DNA of 64,000 nucleotides, from NCBI RefSeq assembly GCF_964213995.1, contig NC_135809.1, positions 106,268,001-106,332,000 of the forward strand. The letters run 5' to 3'. Shown here piece by piece: positions 48,760 through 62,597 of the stretch (the first letter of the stretch is position 1; each line of letters starts with the position of its first letter). The DNA is from Mustelus asterias. Taxonomy: Eukaryota. The translations under genes were made by a program, and so were the position numbers. The notes below the pieces were generated by a model that saw only the letters and a program-made list of their open reading frames with translations, ran no database searches and was not told the origin of the DNA.

Positions 48760-49150
48760 AGGATCTCATAGAAGCTTATAAATTTCTAAGAGGATTAGGC
48801 AGGGTAGATTCACAAATAATGCCCCTGATGGTAGGGGAGTCCAAAACTAGAAGTCAGAGTTGGAGGATAAGGGGTAAACCTTTTAGCACTGGGATGAGGA
48901 GAAATTTCTTCACCCAGAGAGTGGTGAATGTGTGGAATTCACTACCACAGAAAGTGGTTGAGGCCAAAATGCGTGATTTCAAGAAGAATTTGGATATAGC
49001 TCTTGGGGCTCAAGGGATCAAGAGATATGGGGGAAAGACGGGATCAGGATATTGAATTTCATGATCAGAAATGTTCAAAATGAATGATGGAGCAGGCTCG
49101 AAGGCTGAATGGTCTACTCCTGCTTCTATGTTCTATGTTTCAATGTTTCT
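48760..49150 (+). mobile_element. CR1 3' end
   Basis: DLIEAYKFLRG..RRNFFTQRVVNVWNSLP. Confidence 0.88.
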
Positions 49151-49782
49151 AGACTTGACTACTTGTGTGAGGTTATTGAACTTTTGTGGCATTGCTGTTA
49201 GATTGTTGGGGTCAGACGCCTGTCCTTAGCGTCCCTGGTCATCTTCTCTCATTCTCCTTGATGTGTATATCTGGAGGGTTCTCCTGATGCACACTCCCCC
49301 CTTAGAAATATGACCTTTCTTTTTAACTCCATTACTAAGACATTCAGGGCTGGATCAGAGACCCCGGGCACCTTCTCTGTAGTTAGCTTCTCTTCCTTCT
49401 CTGTGAGAAACATTTGTAGAAACAGTTCCACCGCCTGCTGCAAACAAAATGCACGTCCTCTTTAAGAGGTGCAGGCTGACTTTAAGAAGAGTAAGCTAGC
49501 TTTAACTTGTCCTTGTCATGTGTGAACTTGGGTCTAGTGCTGAGTGCGTAGCCAGTCAGCAGCACATTTAGTACTGGGCTGCATGCCATAGTCATGGAGA
49601 TGAGTTGGCAGAATGAGGTTTGTGTATCACCTGCACCATGATCGGGCACGGGGTGAATGCACCCACAAATGGGTGCATTTGTGGGTGCAGCTGGATTTTG
49701 ATTCTGAGAAATAGGAATGATCAAACATTCAGCGCACAGGTGGGTTAGGCTTTGGGTACCAGTGACCATAATATGATTGAAT

Positions 49783-50830
49783 AAAGAACAAAGAAGAAAG
49801 AAACTTACAGCACAGGAACAGGCCCTTCGGCCCTCCAAGCCTGCACTGACCATGCTGTCTGACTGAACCAAAACCCCCTACCCTTCCGGGGACCATATCT
49901 CTCTATTCCCATCCTATTCATGTATTTGTCCAGATGCCCCTTAAAACTTACTATCGTATCTGCTTCCACCAACTCCCCCAGCAGCAAATTCCAGGCACCC
50001 ACCATCCTCTGTGTAAACAACTTGCCTCATTCATCTCCTTTAAACCTTGCCCCTCGCACCTTAAACCTATGCCCCCTAGCAATTGACTCTTCCACCCTGG
50101 GAAAAAGCTTCTGACTATCCACTTTGTCCATGCCCCTCATAATCTTGTAGACTTCAATCAGGTCGCCCCTCAACCTCCGTCATTCCAGTGAGAACAAACC
50201 AAGGGCAGCACGGTAGCACAGTGGTTAGCACTGCTGCTTCACAGCTCCAGGGACCTGGGTTCGATTCCCGGCTTGGGTCACTGTCTGTGTGGAGTTTGCA
50301 CATTCTCCTCGTGTCTGCGTGGGTTTCCTCCGGGTGCTCTGGTTTCATCCCACAGTCCAAAGATGTGCGGATTAGGTTGATTGGCCATGCTAAATTGCCC
50401 CTTAGTGTCCTGAGATGTGTAGGTTAGAGGGATTAGCGGGTAATATGTGTCGGGATGTGGGGGTAGGGCCCGGGTGGGATTGTGGTCGGTGGAGACTTGA
50501 TGGGCCGAATGGCCTGTTTCTGCACTGTAGGGTTTCTATGATTCCATACCAGGCCTCCATACCAGGTAACATCCTGGTAAATCTTTTCTGCACCCTTTCC
50601 AAAGCCTCCACATCCTTCTGGTAGCGTGGCGACCAGAATTGAACACTGAATTCCAAGTGCGGCCTAACTAAGGTTCTATAAAGCTGCAACATGACTTGTT
50701 AATTTTTAAACTCAATACCCCGGCCGATGAAGACAAGCATGCCGTATGCCTTCTTGACTACCTTCTCCACCTGCGTTGCCACTTTCAGTGACCTGTGTAC
50801 CTGTACACCCAGATCCTTCTGCCTATCATT
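49783..50830 (-). mobile_element. HER1/CR1 3' region with HE1 SINE (+, 50202-50548) inserted
   Basis: Same subfamily as 1-735; LYRTLVRPHLEFSVQFWSP. Confidence 0.9.
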
Positions 50831-51099
50831 GATTACCTTTTCATAATGTTTTTCATTAAAACATTACAAAAACCCAAGCAAAACTGCTGAAATTTTAGTG
50901 GGTCAACTTTCCGTATTTGAGAAGTCTCGCCAGGTTTACCTATGGTTCGAGGAGTGGCAGAACTACTGAGCTCCTTCCAAGGGCTGATTCTGAATGCAGT
51001 GGGTCAATGTGTATCCATGCTAAGCAAACCTAAGGGCACTATGCTGTCTTGGTTAACAGGGCTACCAAGAAACTTGTAAAGAGAATAAAAAAGAGGTAT

Positions 51100-51790
51100 T
51101 TAAAGTCAGGAAGAAAATTGGCACAGGATTGAGGCAGACTCACTTCTGAAAGGATGCCAAAAATGTAAGAAATGGGCAAGAGAATAGCAAAGGAAATTAT
51201 AGAATTTAATATGATAGGAGAAGCAAAGTCTGATAATAAAAAGAACTTTGGTCATTTTTAGCAAAAATAAAAAATGAGGGATTCTAGACTTTGATAGGGA
51301 CATGTCAGCTATGCTTGCCACATAAATGCCAAATGAATCTTTTATCGTGAAGGAGACAGGTAACTTATTTGATTTTGAAGGGGAACTGGGAGTGTTGCAG
51401 GAACAAGTTGTGAGACCATTGAAAGTACTGCCAGCATGGCTGGTGAACAGCTGTGCAAACATAAGGTAAGTAAGTCTCGAGGGCTGGATAAACTGCATCT
51501 TATGATTCTTAAGGAACGATGGGAGAACATTGCTGGAACTCTAGCACAAATCTTTGAGAAATCACTGAATATTGGAGAGATGCCTGGGGACTGGAGAAAG
51601 GCAGATGTTCTTCCTATTTTTGAATAAGATAGCAAAAATGACCCAGGAAAGAACAAGAGTTGGATGTCCATTGCGGATTGATTTATGGAAACCCTTACTA
51701 AAGAAAAGATCGTGGAGGATCGAAACAGAAGTAAAACACTAAATTTTCGTATTGTGATTGTGAAGGGAAGGGTTTGCCAATCGGGTGTTA
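51100..51790 (+). mobile_element. old CR1 RT N-terminal fragment
   Basis: KSRGLDKLH..ILKE..LAQIFEKSLNIGEMPGDWRKADVLPIF. Confidence 0.75.
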
Positions 51791-51984
51791 AACTTCTACG
51801 TTCCTATTTAGGTAATACAACAGCAGGGGGAAAATAATCTTTGAATCTGTTTATTTCTTTGATCGGTGAATGCACTTTATTTATACAAATGGACACTCGC
51901 TTTAAAAACTTTGGGGAAATACTTTTTGTTCACTTCCATTCTAAAATAATAGTAAACAAAAGCAGATATATTCACACTATTTTA

Positions 51985-53985
51985 AAATGCAGAATTTATG
52001 TACAAAGCTGTGCAGAATTTGTATAAATGCCTGTGTATAATTTGTTTGAAATCTGAGTATAATTGGTACAGAAGTCTGTGTACATTTTGTAACTAAGTGT
52101 GCAAAGAATTTGTCTATAAAGGATTTGTATACAATCTGTGTCGAATTTGCATAGAGATATCTAATTATTATAGAAGCCTGTGTGTAATTTCTATAGAAAC
52201 CACTGTATATCTTTGTGGGATATGTGTCAAAACTTGCATAAAGGTTTGTGCAGATTTGTATAGACATCTGTGCATGATTTGTGCATAAGTCAGTGTAGAA
52301 ATTGTATAGAAGTTAGTACATAATTTCTATAGGAACCCATGTAGAATCTGTAGAGATTTGTATAGAATGCTATGTATAATTTGTATAGAAGTCTGCTTTA
52401 AATTTTAATGGAAATCTGGATATAATTTATGTAGAGGCCTGTGTAGATTTTGTCTGGATGTCTTTGTACATTTTGAACACAGTAAGAAGTTTAACAACAC
52501 CAGGTTAAAGTCCAACGGGTTTATTTGGTAGCAAAAGCCACAAGCTTTCGGAGCCTTAAGCTCCTTCCCCATCTCACCTGAAGAAGGAGCATAAGGCTCC
52601 GAAAGCTTGTGGCTTTTGCTACCATATAAACCTGTTGGACTTTAACCTGGTGTTGTTAAACTTCTTACTGTGTTTACCCCAGTCCAACGCCGGCATCTCC
52701 ACATCATGACTACATTTTGAACACAGTAAGAAGTTTAACAACACCAGGTTAAAGTCCAACAGGTTTATTTGGTAGCAAAAGCCACACAAGCTTTCGGAGC
52801 TCTAAGCCCCTTCTTCAGGTGAGTGGGAATTCTGTTCACAAACAGAGCTTATAAAGACACAGACTCAATTTACATGAATAATGGTTGGAATGCGAATACT
52901 TACAACTAATCAAGTCTTTAAGAAACAAAACAATGTGAGTGGAGAGAGCATCAAGACAGGCTAAAAAGATGTGTATTGTCTCCAGACAAGACAGCCAGTG
53001 AAACTCTGTGGGGGTTACAAATAGTGTGACATGAACCCAATATCCCGGTTGAGGCCGTCCTCGTGTGTGCGGAACTTGGCTATCAGTTTCTGCTCAGCGA
53101 CTCTGCGCCGTCGTGTGTCGCGAAGGCCGCCTTGGAGAACGCTTACCCGAATATCAGAGGCCGAATGCCCGTGACCACTGAAGTGCTCCCCAACAGGAAG
53201 AGAACAGTCTTGCCTGGTGATTGTCGAGCGGTGTTCATTCATCCGTTGTCGCAGCGTCTGCATAGTTAACACATCATGACTACATTTTGAACACCATGGA
53301 AGACTGTAGAATTTGTGTAGAATTTGTATAAAAGCCTTTATAGGATTTGCATAGACATTTGTGTAGAGGTCTGTGCCTGATATGTGTATAAGTCTATGTA
53401 TAAATTGTATAGAAGTCTGTTTTAAATTGATGAAGATATTTGTATATGCATGCACACAATTTGTCGAGAAGTCAGTACATACTTTCATAGAAGCATATGT
53501 AGAATTTGAATAAAAGTCTGTATAGTGTGCATAGAAGACTGTGCAGAACCTGGACAGCTGTCAGTGAAGGAATTTTGCAAAGGACTATGCATGACTTATG
53601 GAAAGGACTGTGCATAATTTGCCTGGAAATCAGGGCATCACTTCTGTAGAAACTTGTATATAATTTGTTTAGGCACTGATGTAGAATTCCTATAGAAATA
53701 ATGTAGGGGTCTGTGTATGAATTGCATATAATCTGTATTTGTATTGAAGTCTGTTTTTCATTTATGTACAAGCCTCTGTATAATTCATAAGTCTGTGTAC
53801 ATTTTGTAGAAGTCTGTGTTGAAATTGTACAGAGGTCTTTGTGAAGTATATATATGCAATCTGTGTAGAATTTGAATGGCCTTTGTGCAGAATCTGCAGA
53901 AAAGTCCATCAATAATTTGTGTATAAATCTCTGCATAAACTGTATAGAAATGTGTTGTTCATTTGTATAGAAGTTTTACATGCAA
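51985..53985. repeat. degenerate ~23-bp minisatellite (GTGTAGAATTTGTATAGAAGTCT)n
   Basis: Recurrent 11+12-bp subunits; interrupted by Penelope at 52481-53280. Confidence 0.75.
52481..53280. mobile_element. two adjacent Penelope insertions (hairpin 52481-52710; truncated minus copy 52725-53280)
   Basis: TACATTTTGAACAC occurs three times (52467, 52711, 53281). Confidence 0.9.
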
Positions 53986-54194
53986 TTGGGACTAGGTTTT
54001 CAATCTGGTGTTGGGAACCCAAGGCCCGGAATGTATCTGCGTCTCTACATCTTTAATGTCCGTGACCAGAGAACAATTTTAAAATGCAAAGGGCCTAATT
54101 GGCTTGGACACAGGTTCAGTGACCGATTAGCAACACCAGAATGACCGGGACCTAGAAACTGAGAACCCTTTGAAAAGATGAGGGGTTTGCAGGC

Positions 54195-54377
54195 GAAGCA
54201 GTTTAAGGCAAGAATAGATACATTTTTGAACAGTAAAGGAATTAAGGGTTACGGTGAGCGGGCGGGTAAGTGGAACTGAGTCCGCGAAAAGATCAGCCAT
54301 GATCTTATTGAATGGCAGAGCAGGCTTGAGGGACAGATAGCTTACTCCTGCTCCCAGTTCTTATGTTCTTATGTTCT
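54195..54377 (+). mobile_element. CR1 3' end
   Basis: Closely similar to 6840-7010. Confidence 0.85.
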
Positions 54378-54459
54378 TGTTGTTTGCTGGGGAGATGGCA
54401 CAGCCTGGCTTACAGAGGGCCACTGTTGGCATGGGAAGGCATGCATGGGCAACCCTAAG

Positions 54460-54660
54460 ATCCTCAGATGCCTCAGAGAGGTGTTAACAGAAGCAGTTGC
54501 TGCGAGATGAGAGGTATTGTTTCCTGCATCCAGCAGTAGGAATCTATCCAGTCACACCGAAAGGGCCATAACGGAGGTGGTGACAGATCTGCAGCAAAGA
54601 AATGACCAGATGGATGTGAGTCCAGTGTCTGTAAAGATTCAATGATCTAATAAAATCTTC
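54460..54660 (+). pseudogene. Harbinger Myb/SANT relic
   Basis: EVLTEAVAAR.EVLFP...W..VQC..RFNDL. Confidence 0.5.
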
Positions 54661-55136
54661 TGAACCCACTATGAAACCTTCACATCCTTTGGTTGCCAGA
54701 ATTGGGAACTACAGTCACAATGGGGTCAGATTGGTTCAGTCAAATTCCTTGGCTTTTGTGCTCAATGCCTTTATTTATCAAGCCAATTGAAAGCTTAGTT
54801 TTCAGTATGATATACTTTACAAACACGCCTTTGTCAGGCAATTACAATACAACTTGGTCCTTCACATAAGGTCCTTCATATAACTCTGCTTCTTTGAACC
54901 TAGCCCAATGCAATGTCCAGATAGCATCATCCAAAATACTTGAAACTCACACGTACCACAAACAACTATCTCCTGTACAAATGAGAATATTTTGAACTAA
55001 TTATATGACATTTTCAATTGGTGTATGACACCAAGTTAAAAAATGGCAAAACCTTCCAGTAAATTAGCATGAACCAATTCACTTGCGCCAATGTGCTATT
55101 TTTACCCACACAAGTGGGCTTTATTAACAGAAAAAT

Positions 55137-56252
55137 TCATAGAATCCTACAGTGCAGAAGGAGGCCATTTGGCTCATCAAGTCTGCACCAACCACAATCC
55201 CACCCAGGCTCTATCTCCATAACCCATGCATTTACCCTGCTAGTCCCCCTGACACTAGGGTGAATTTTGCATACCAATCAACCTAACCTGCACACCTTAG
55301 GACTGTGTGAGGAAACCAGAGCACCTGGAAGAAACCCACGCAGACACGGGGAGAATGAGCAAACCCCACGCAGACAGTGACCCAAGCCAGGAATCGAACC
55401 CAGGTCTCTGGTGCTGTGAGGCACCAGAGACCTCTGCAAGACGTGCCGGATCATCGACACAGATGCCATCATCTCACGTGAGAACACCATCCACCAGGTA
55501 CACGGTACATACTCTTGCAACTCGGCCAACGTTGTCTACCTGATACGCTGCAAGAAAGGATGTCCCGAGGCATGGTACATTGGGGAGACCATGCAGACGC
55601 TGCGACAACGGATGAATGAACACCGCTCGACAATCACCAGGCAAGACTGTTCTCTTCCTGTTGGGGAGCACTTCAGCGGTCACGGGCATTCGGCCTCTGA
55701 TATTCGGGTAAGCGTTCTCCAAGGCGGCCTTCGCGACACACGACAGCGCAGAGTCGCGGAGCAGAAACTGATAGCCAGGTTCCGCACACACAAGGACGGC
55801 CTCAACCGGGATATTGGGTTTATGTCACACTATTTCACATAAATATTTCTGCTTTTTTCCTCCTGAGTCTTTATCATGCGATCCTAGAATCAGAATTTAT
55901 GTCACACTATTTGTAACTCCCACAGTTGCGTGGACCTGCAGAGTTTCACTGGCTGTCTTGTCTGGAGACAATACACATCTTTTTAGCCTGTCTTGATGCT
56001 CTCTCCACTCCCATTGTTTTGTTTCTTAAAGACTGGATTAGTTGTAAGTATTCGCATTCCAACCATTATTCATGTAAATTGAGTCTGTGTCTTATAAGTT
56101 CTGTTTGTGAACAGAATTCCCACTCACCTGAAGAAGGGGCTCAGAGCCTCGAAAGCTTGTGTGGCTTTTGCTACCAAATAAACCTGTTGGACTTTAACCT
56201 GGTGTTGTTAAACTTCTTGCTGTGAGGCAGCAGTGCTAACCACTGTGCCATT
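55137..56252. mobile_element. HE1 SINE (-) split by a Penelope 3' fragment (+, ~55425-56218), which itself carries a ~60-bp insert
   Basis: TSD GCTGTGAGGCA around the Penelope; TSD TTTATGTCACACTATTT around ~55837-55895; hammerhead at ~56120-56165. Confidence 0.88.
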
Positions 56253-56334
56253 GGGCACTGTGCATTGAGTGATGAATATTCTCTTATTTTAATTAAGCAC
56301 CCTTACAAATGTCCTACATGGAGTAAATAATAGG

Positions 56335-56550
56335 AGAGCGAAGTACTACAGATGCTGAAAGTCTGAAATATAAGCAGAAAATGCTGGAAATACTCAGCAG
56401 GTCAGACAGCATCTGTGGAGAGAGAAATGGAGTGGATGCTTCCTGTCCACTAGTCTGCATTAGTTCTGATAAAGGGTCACTGGCCTCTTTTTCTCTCTGC
56501 ACAGACACCGCCAGATGTGCTGAGCATTTCCAATATTTCTCATTTCTAAT
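56335..56550. mobile_element. Penelope family-2 inverted termini
   Basis: GAAAATGCTGGAAATACTCAGCAG..CATCTGTGGAGAGAG and its reverse around CTGATAAAGGGTCA. Confidence 0.6.
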
Positions 56551-57732
56551 GGAGCAAAAATAACACCTGCTGCCAGCCTTTCAAAAAACAATCCGACTTC
56601 CTGTGAGCCTCTCATTTCCCTTCAGCAAGGAACTCAGCAGCAGTTGCCTGAGATCTGGTTTGGCACAACATTAAACAAGAATTTCAAATTAAAAGTTAAG
56701 ATAAGACAAAAACATAGACAACTTGCTGAATAAAAAAAATATCAATGTCAAAGCAATAATTTGATATTTTTAAAAATGAGTAATTGATAAAAATGATTAT
56801 TGAAAAGTGCAAAATGTCAGAGCTGACAATAAATCCATTGTTGCCTTTTCATTAAAAAGCAGAGCTGGAGAAACAGAGACAGAGGAACCAGGAAAGGGTC
56901 AGAAAAGTTAAAATATTTAACCTTTTCAGGGTTTTCTTGTGAACCAGGAGGAGAAGGAGTACTCATCCTACATCCATAAACAAACCTTACACCTGTCTTC
57001 ATACCCAACCCTTAACTCCCTCCCTGACTGTGATGGGGTGTGGAAACCCACCTCTCATCACTTGTCTGAGTGCCAGGCATTGTTCCTGCACTCCTCCTCA
57101 CCATCGCTCTGCCAAGTTCATGCAGGGATCTATCCTGGAAGACAATGTCGAGGAACTGCAATAGCTTGAGCTTCACACTCAACAATCATTGGCTGTTCCC
57201 ACTCATCTCAACCTCCTCATATCATCATGTCCAGACTTTAGGCTAAATAACCTTAAAAGCCTGACACTACGACAGAGCAGGGGGGTTGGCCAAGGCCTGG
57301 GAGAGGCTGAGCGCACTGGCACAGGTGTGTCTGTCAGGTAGCTCTCCCTGAATATGACCAATTGGTGTCCAGGTACTTTGTTGAATTAGTGACAGTGGCT
57401 AGGTTTCAGAGTGGAGAGAATTTATTTTGGAGTATTATTTCCATTCTGTTATTATTTGTGGAATTGCTACAATATAGAAAAAGGAAAAGGAATGGAAATA
57501 CAAAGTATTTAAAGTAGTGACTATCTGGTTATTCTTCCCTGTGGGAATGTACTTTGATTCAACTAAGTTAGCAGTTCTTAAATCTGGTGCTTGAATGTAA
57601 GATTTCCAGTTTTAACCTAAACAATGACAGTGTTTTGTATCTTGTGCATTCCCCTTCCCCTAGGCCTTGTACAGCATCACTCTGAGTGGATGCAGGAGCT
57701 GTGTGCTGATAAGCACAAGAATGGTGAGGATC

Positions 57733-57863
57733 TCAATAAGAGTTTTAACAACACCAGGTTAAAGTCCAACAGGTTTATTTAAATAAACCTGTTGGAGTTC
57801 AACCTGATGTTGTTAAAACTCTTACTGTGTTCACCCCAGTCCAATGCCGGCAACTACACATCA
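57733..57863. mobile_element. Penelope mini-hairpin
   Basis: Inverted termini with tail; TSD TGAGGATCTC. Confidence 0.85.
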
Positions 57864-58779
57864 TGAGGATCTCTATAGCATGGGCCACTCAGCATCATTG
57901 ATGGAGATACAAGGAGTGGATGCCAGCTACATTTTAGATGGTGGTCTCACCCCACCGCGCGAGCGCCATGAAAGGGCTGAGGCAATGTAAGCGGCTGAGA
58001 AAGGAGGCCATGCTGAGGGGACACCGTTGTCATCACCCACTTCATTGGCCCCTCCAATTCATGACCTATCCATGCTGCAAAGCTCTGTTACAGAGGCTGC
58101 ACCTGCAATGATGCAGGCCCAGCATCCTGTGGAGCAGGCCCCATGATGAAGAACAAGCCATTGGCATCTCAGCCAGTTGGAGGTATAATTCAGCAGGCTG
58201 TTTCCACCTTGACCTTGGCCACAGAGGGAGCACACCATGAATGCAAGGCACTGTATCGTTCGATGCACTGGCTGACCTTGATGAAGTGTTCTGTATTGGT
58301 TTGGTACTTTATTAGTAACCGCTTCCGATCTCAATCAGACTTATGGGTTATTAATACTTGATGGCAAAGGTGAACAAGAGGTTCAGTGGTGGGAGCCATG
58401 GTGGGGTGATGAGTGACCTGGTTCCATGGTCAGTGATGTTGAAGAGTGTTGGTGGTCGAAACCCTATTCTCATTGTTTTGGGTTGGCGATGGGATTCTTC
58501 AGATCTCTGTGCTTGCTGGATATTTCTGTCTCTGTTAGCAGGTGAGTTGTAGAATGATCTGCCATGGGGCTGAGAGGCAGCCAAGTGAAATGTTGCTGAG
58601 GTAGCATAGCCTTTGTTGACATTCCATCTTGCTGATTGGCATGTGGTCCGGGACAACCTGGGTGGTCTTTTCCAATGCCCAGTTTCCTCTGCTGTGCTCC
58701 TTCATCATCCTCTTCCTTTTTTTTTCCACCGCCCCGTCCTCATTCATGGAAGAGTAGCGTTCCGACTCTTTCTCTTCAC

Positions 58780-59560
58780 CCAGCTTCAGGTCTCTTTGAA
58801 TAGTCATATTGTGCAGTGTGCAGCAAGTGACCATTATAAAGACACCCTGGTTAACTGGAGGACACCTCCCGACTAGTCAAAGCAACAGAAGTACATCTTC
58901 AGGATGCCAATTGTAATAACTCCAGGTGTCGGCTGTAAAGGAACGGCACTTTATTGCACAAAATAAAGTAAAATAAAAAGCACAAGCCTATGGTGAACAC
59001 AAACAGGTCCCAACCAGGACAGTACAACAATGGACCCACTCAGGGGCCTGCTTTATAAAGGATTTGGTATATGAGCTCCACCTGGTAAGGTGATTACCAA
59101 TCACCAGGGAACTATTATATATGAATCCTACTGGAGGTTAATCGGCGATTCCCCATGCAAGTACTGGGGGTTATCACTGCAATAGTCTGTTCAATGCAGG
59201 TTCATGTCAATAGATGGTTCTGGTCATAACACCTCTCTCCATGCATGTCTGAATACTGGATGGCCATCAGGAGCCACCTCTTCAGGGGTAACCTTTATCT
59301 CCCAGAAGCCACCCACAGAGTCCGGCTGTTGGTCTGAAGATGCCCGGCATCTGGGACCCACGAAGGATGAAGGAATCCTGACTGCTGCCTGAGGGACTGA
59401 GTTCACATCTGCAGGATGCCCTGGACACTCAGTTAGTGGAAGCCTTTTCTGTTCTGCAATCTATCTGGCTGGTTTGTTGGTGCTGTGATGACTACAAGGA
59501 AGCAATTGATAACTCCCTGCACCTGAGGAAATCCACGATTGGAGGTAAACTCCAATGTCC
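58780..59560 (-). pseudogene. Harbinger transposase relic
   Basis: GFPQVQGVINC..NRKGFH; IEQTIGILKM.F.C; CCTLHN. Confidence 0.8.
58912..59178. mobile_element. solo LTR inserted in transposase relic
   Basis: TGTAATAACTCCAG...CTGGGGGTTATCAC termini; near-TSD CCAAT/GCAAT; interrupts the IEQTI|GILK frame. Confidence 0.65.
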
Positions 59561-59569
59561 TCTGTATCT

Positions 59570-59860
59570 GCACTGGATGTTGTGTAGAATTTGCATATAA
59601 GCCTGTATGACATTTGTACGAAAATCTACATAGATTTTGTACAGCAATTTGTCTAGAATTTTGTAGCAGTCTTTGCAAATTGTGTACAGAGTTCAGTGTA
59701 GACTTTGTATAGACATTTGTGTCTAATTTGCATAGAACCCTGCATAACATTTGTCATTAAGCTGGTGTAGATTTGACATAGAAGTCTGAGAAAAATTTGC
59801 GCAAAAGTCTGATCATAATTTGGTTTCAAGTCTGCTTAGAATTTGTATGGAAGACGATTG
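59570..59860. repeat. second block of the ~23-bp minisatellite
   Basis: TGTGTAGAATTTGCATA..AGTCT units. Confidence 0.65.
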
Positions 59861-59879
59861 TATATTGGCTCATTATCTA

Positions 59880-60420
59880 ATAGTTATTAGCAATTGGTGT
59901 TATATCCCCTTGTCAATGTTGGCCTTTTGTGAGAGGTGGCTGCTCGGGTACGGGAAGTGTTCTGTGTATTCCCGAATATCTCTGCCAACATATATGGGAG
60001 GTGGAAAGTTTGACATCAGATGTGAGTCAATTTTGGCAACATTCAACAACAGGCTGAGTTTCTTCTTTACAGCATTGAGGAAATCGAGAGTGACTTGGAA
60101 AACTGGCACAGAGTGGGCAATGACACCACACTCATCTGAAACTGTACATCATGTATATCTGTGGTGGTCAGTTCAGTTTTGATAAAGAGGCAACTGAGTT
60201 TTAAAAGCTTTTCAATTTGGAAGTTGTTTAATGTTCACAGAAGAGGAGAGTTGATCTTTGATGAGGTAAATAGCCATGGAATGTAAATAGTATGGGGGGT
60301 GCTGTGGAGTGGGGTGGATGGGCGATCACACAGCCTTGCTGGACCCCCATTCTGATTTTGGAGGTGTCGGTTTCAGATCTCCCACTTAAGATAGTTGCTG
60401 AAATGTTATCAGGAAACAGT
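59880..60420 (-). mobile_element. RTE-clade LINE RT relic
   Basis: ATILSG.SETD..IRMGVQQGCVIA; EHFPYPSSHLSQKANIDK. Confidence 0.7.
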
Positions 60421-60424
60421 TTCA

Positions 60425-61130
60425 GGATTACTGAGGGGGCGGGGCTTATTGGCAGATGATTGGTGGGTGGGGGGGGGGGGGGGGGGAGAACACCGCTACC
60501 ACTCTGCAAGTGGGATTGGTGGGAGAGGGATGGAGCAGGGCGATTGGGGCTGGCCATTCGAGGGGAGTTGGAGCTGGTCATTGGGGTGGGGGAGAACGGG
60601 GCTGGCAATCGGGGGGAGGGATCGTGGCTGGGTCTGGCTGCTGGGCGGAATGGGGTTGGGGCTAGTTATTGGGGGGAGGAGTAGGAGCTGAGGCTGGCCA
60701 TGGTGGGGGGTAGAGTCAGGGCTGGCTGTAGGGTGGGGGGGGGTATGGGATTGGGACTGTTCTGTGTGGGGGGATCGATAGGGTAGCAATCGGTGTGGGG
60801 GGGGCAGGGGGTGGTGGTGTTGGGAAGACCAGTGATCGGAGGCGGGAGATCGGGAGGCTGGTAATTGGGGGGAGCCAGTGTGCATGCGCTGATCTCCACA
60901 CTGGCAGATTGGGTCATGCGCAGTGGCCTGCTTAGCCTCCGGCCTCTCGGGTGAAAATAGACCCCACCCCCCACTTTCCAGAGTGAATCCCGCTCAGGTA
61001 CTCTGCATTGCTCAGAGTGTTGGAGATTTGTTCTGGTAAGTTCTGGTAAGTACGCCCAGAAAACGGGTGGAAAACACTCTCGTTTTCGTGCCCGTTGAGA
61101 ACTTAGTTTTGTTTTCGGAGAATCCCGGCC
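60425..61130. mobile_element. GC-rich non-autonomous Harbinger-like element (different family)
   Basis: G-rich repeats; right end CGGAGAATCCCGGCC is TIR-like; left TIR not found. Confidence 0.5.
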
Positions 61131-61815
61131 ATTATATTCCATGCAACTGCTGATACCATATTCCTATAAAATTACAAGTTTGGATCATTTGTCATGTGGT
61201 TTTTCTAGAGTTATTATTATTTATTATTATTGTGGAGAAGTTGTTGAATAATCCTTTGATGAACGTTGTAGGGTTTCTGCTAAAATGCAGCAATCTTCTA
61301 TTTGTGGCATTGCATTTAAAGTCAAATGTTGAAATGATTTCTGGTTAATTGGTCGCAGTAAAGTTTGGAATGTGTGTCTACTGGAGAATGCTGGGTGTAA
61401 CCTTTAGGTTATGCTGTAGGGTGTGCAGTGACACCTGCTGGAGTTTCACTATAGTGGTGGAATTAATGGTGCACAAAATATACTGGAAGTACTTTCCTTT
61501 AAAATGCTTGCATCTGCCAATCGTGCTCATTTAATTTGAAATCCAGTTAGCACAATATTTTTATCCATTTCATCTGGTCTAACAATGCACCGTTAAAGTA
61601 ACTACATGAAGTATTTAATCGGGTGAAATCAAATTTAATCAAAAATATGAATGTATTGCTTACCAATTTTAGAATCATACTTTGCGTAATCAATAACCAA
61701 GTAATACAATGCATAACTTATTTATAGTGACATCATGCCACAGTCTTTCATTACTTAATTTGTTAAATAAAATAATGTTCTTTGACCCAGAGGCTGATTT
61801 ACAATGAAAGACACC

Positions 61816-62597
<782 letters not shown>

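Noticed and set aside
51985-53985. CRISPR-like array or repeat-encoded proteins
   Set aside because: Eukaryotic degenerate tandem repeat with no spacers or cas genes; ORFs are low-complexity translations
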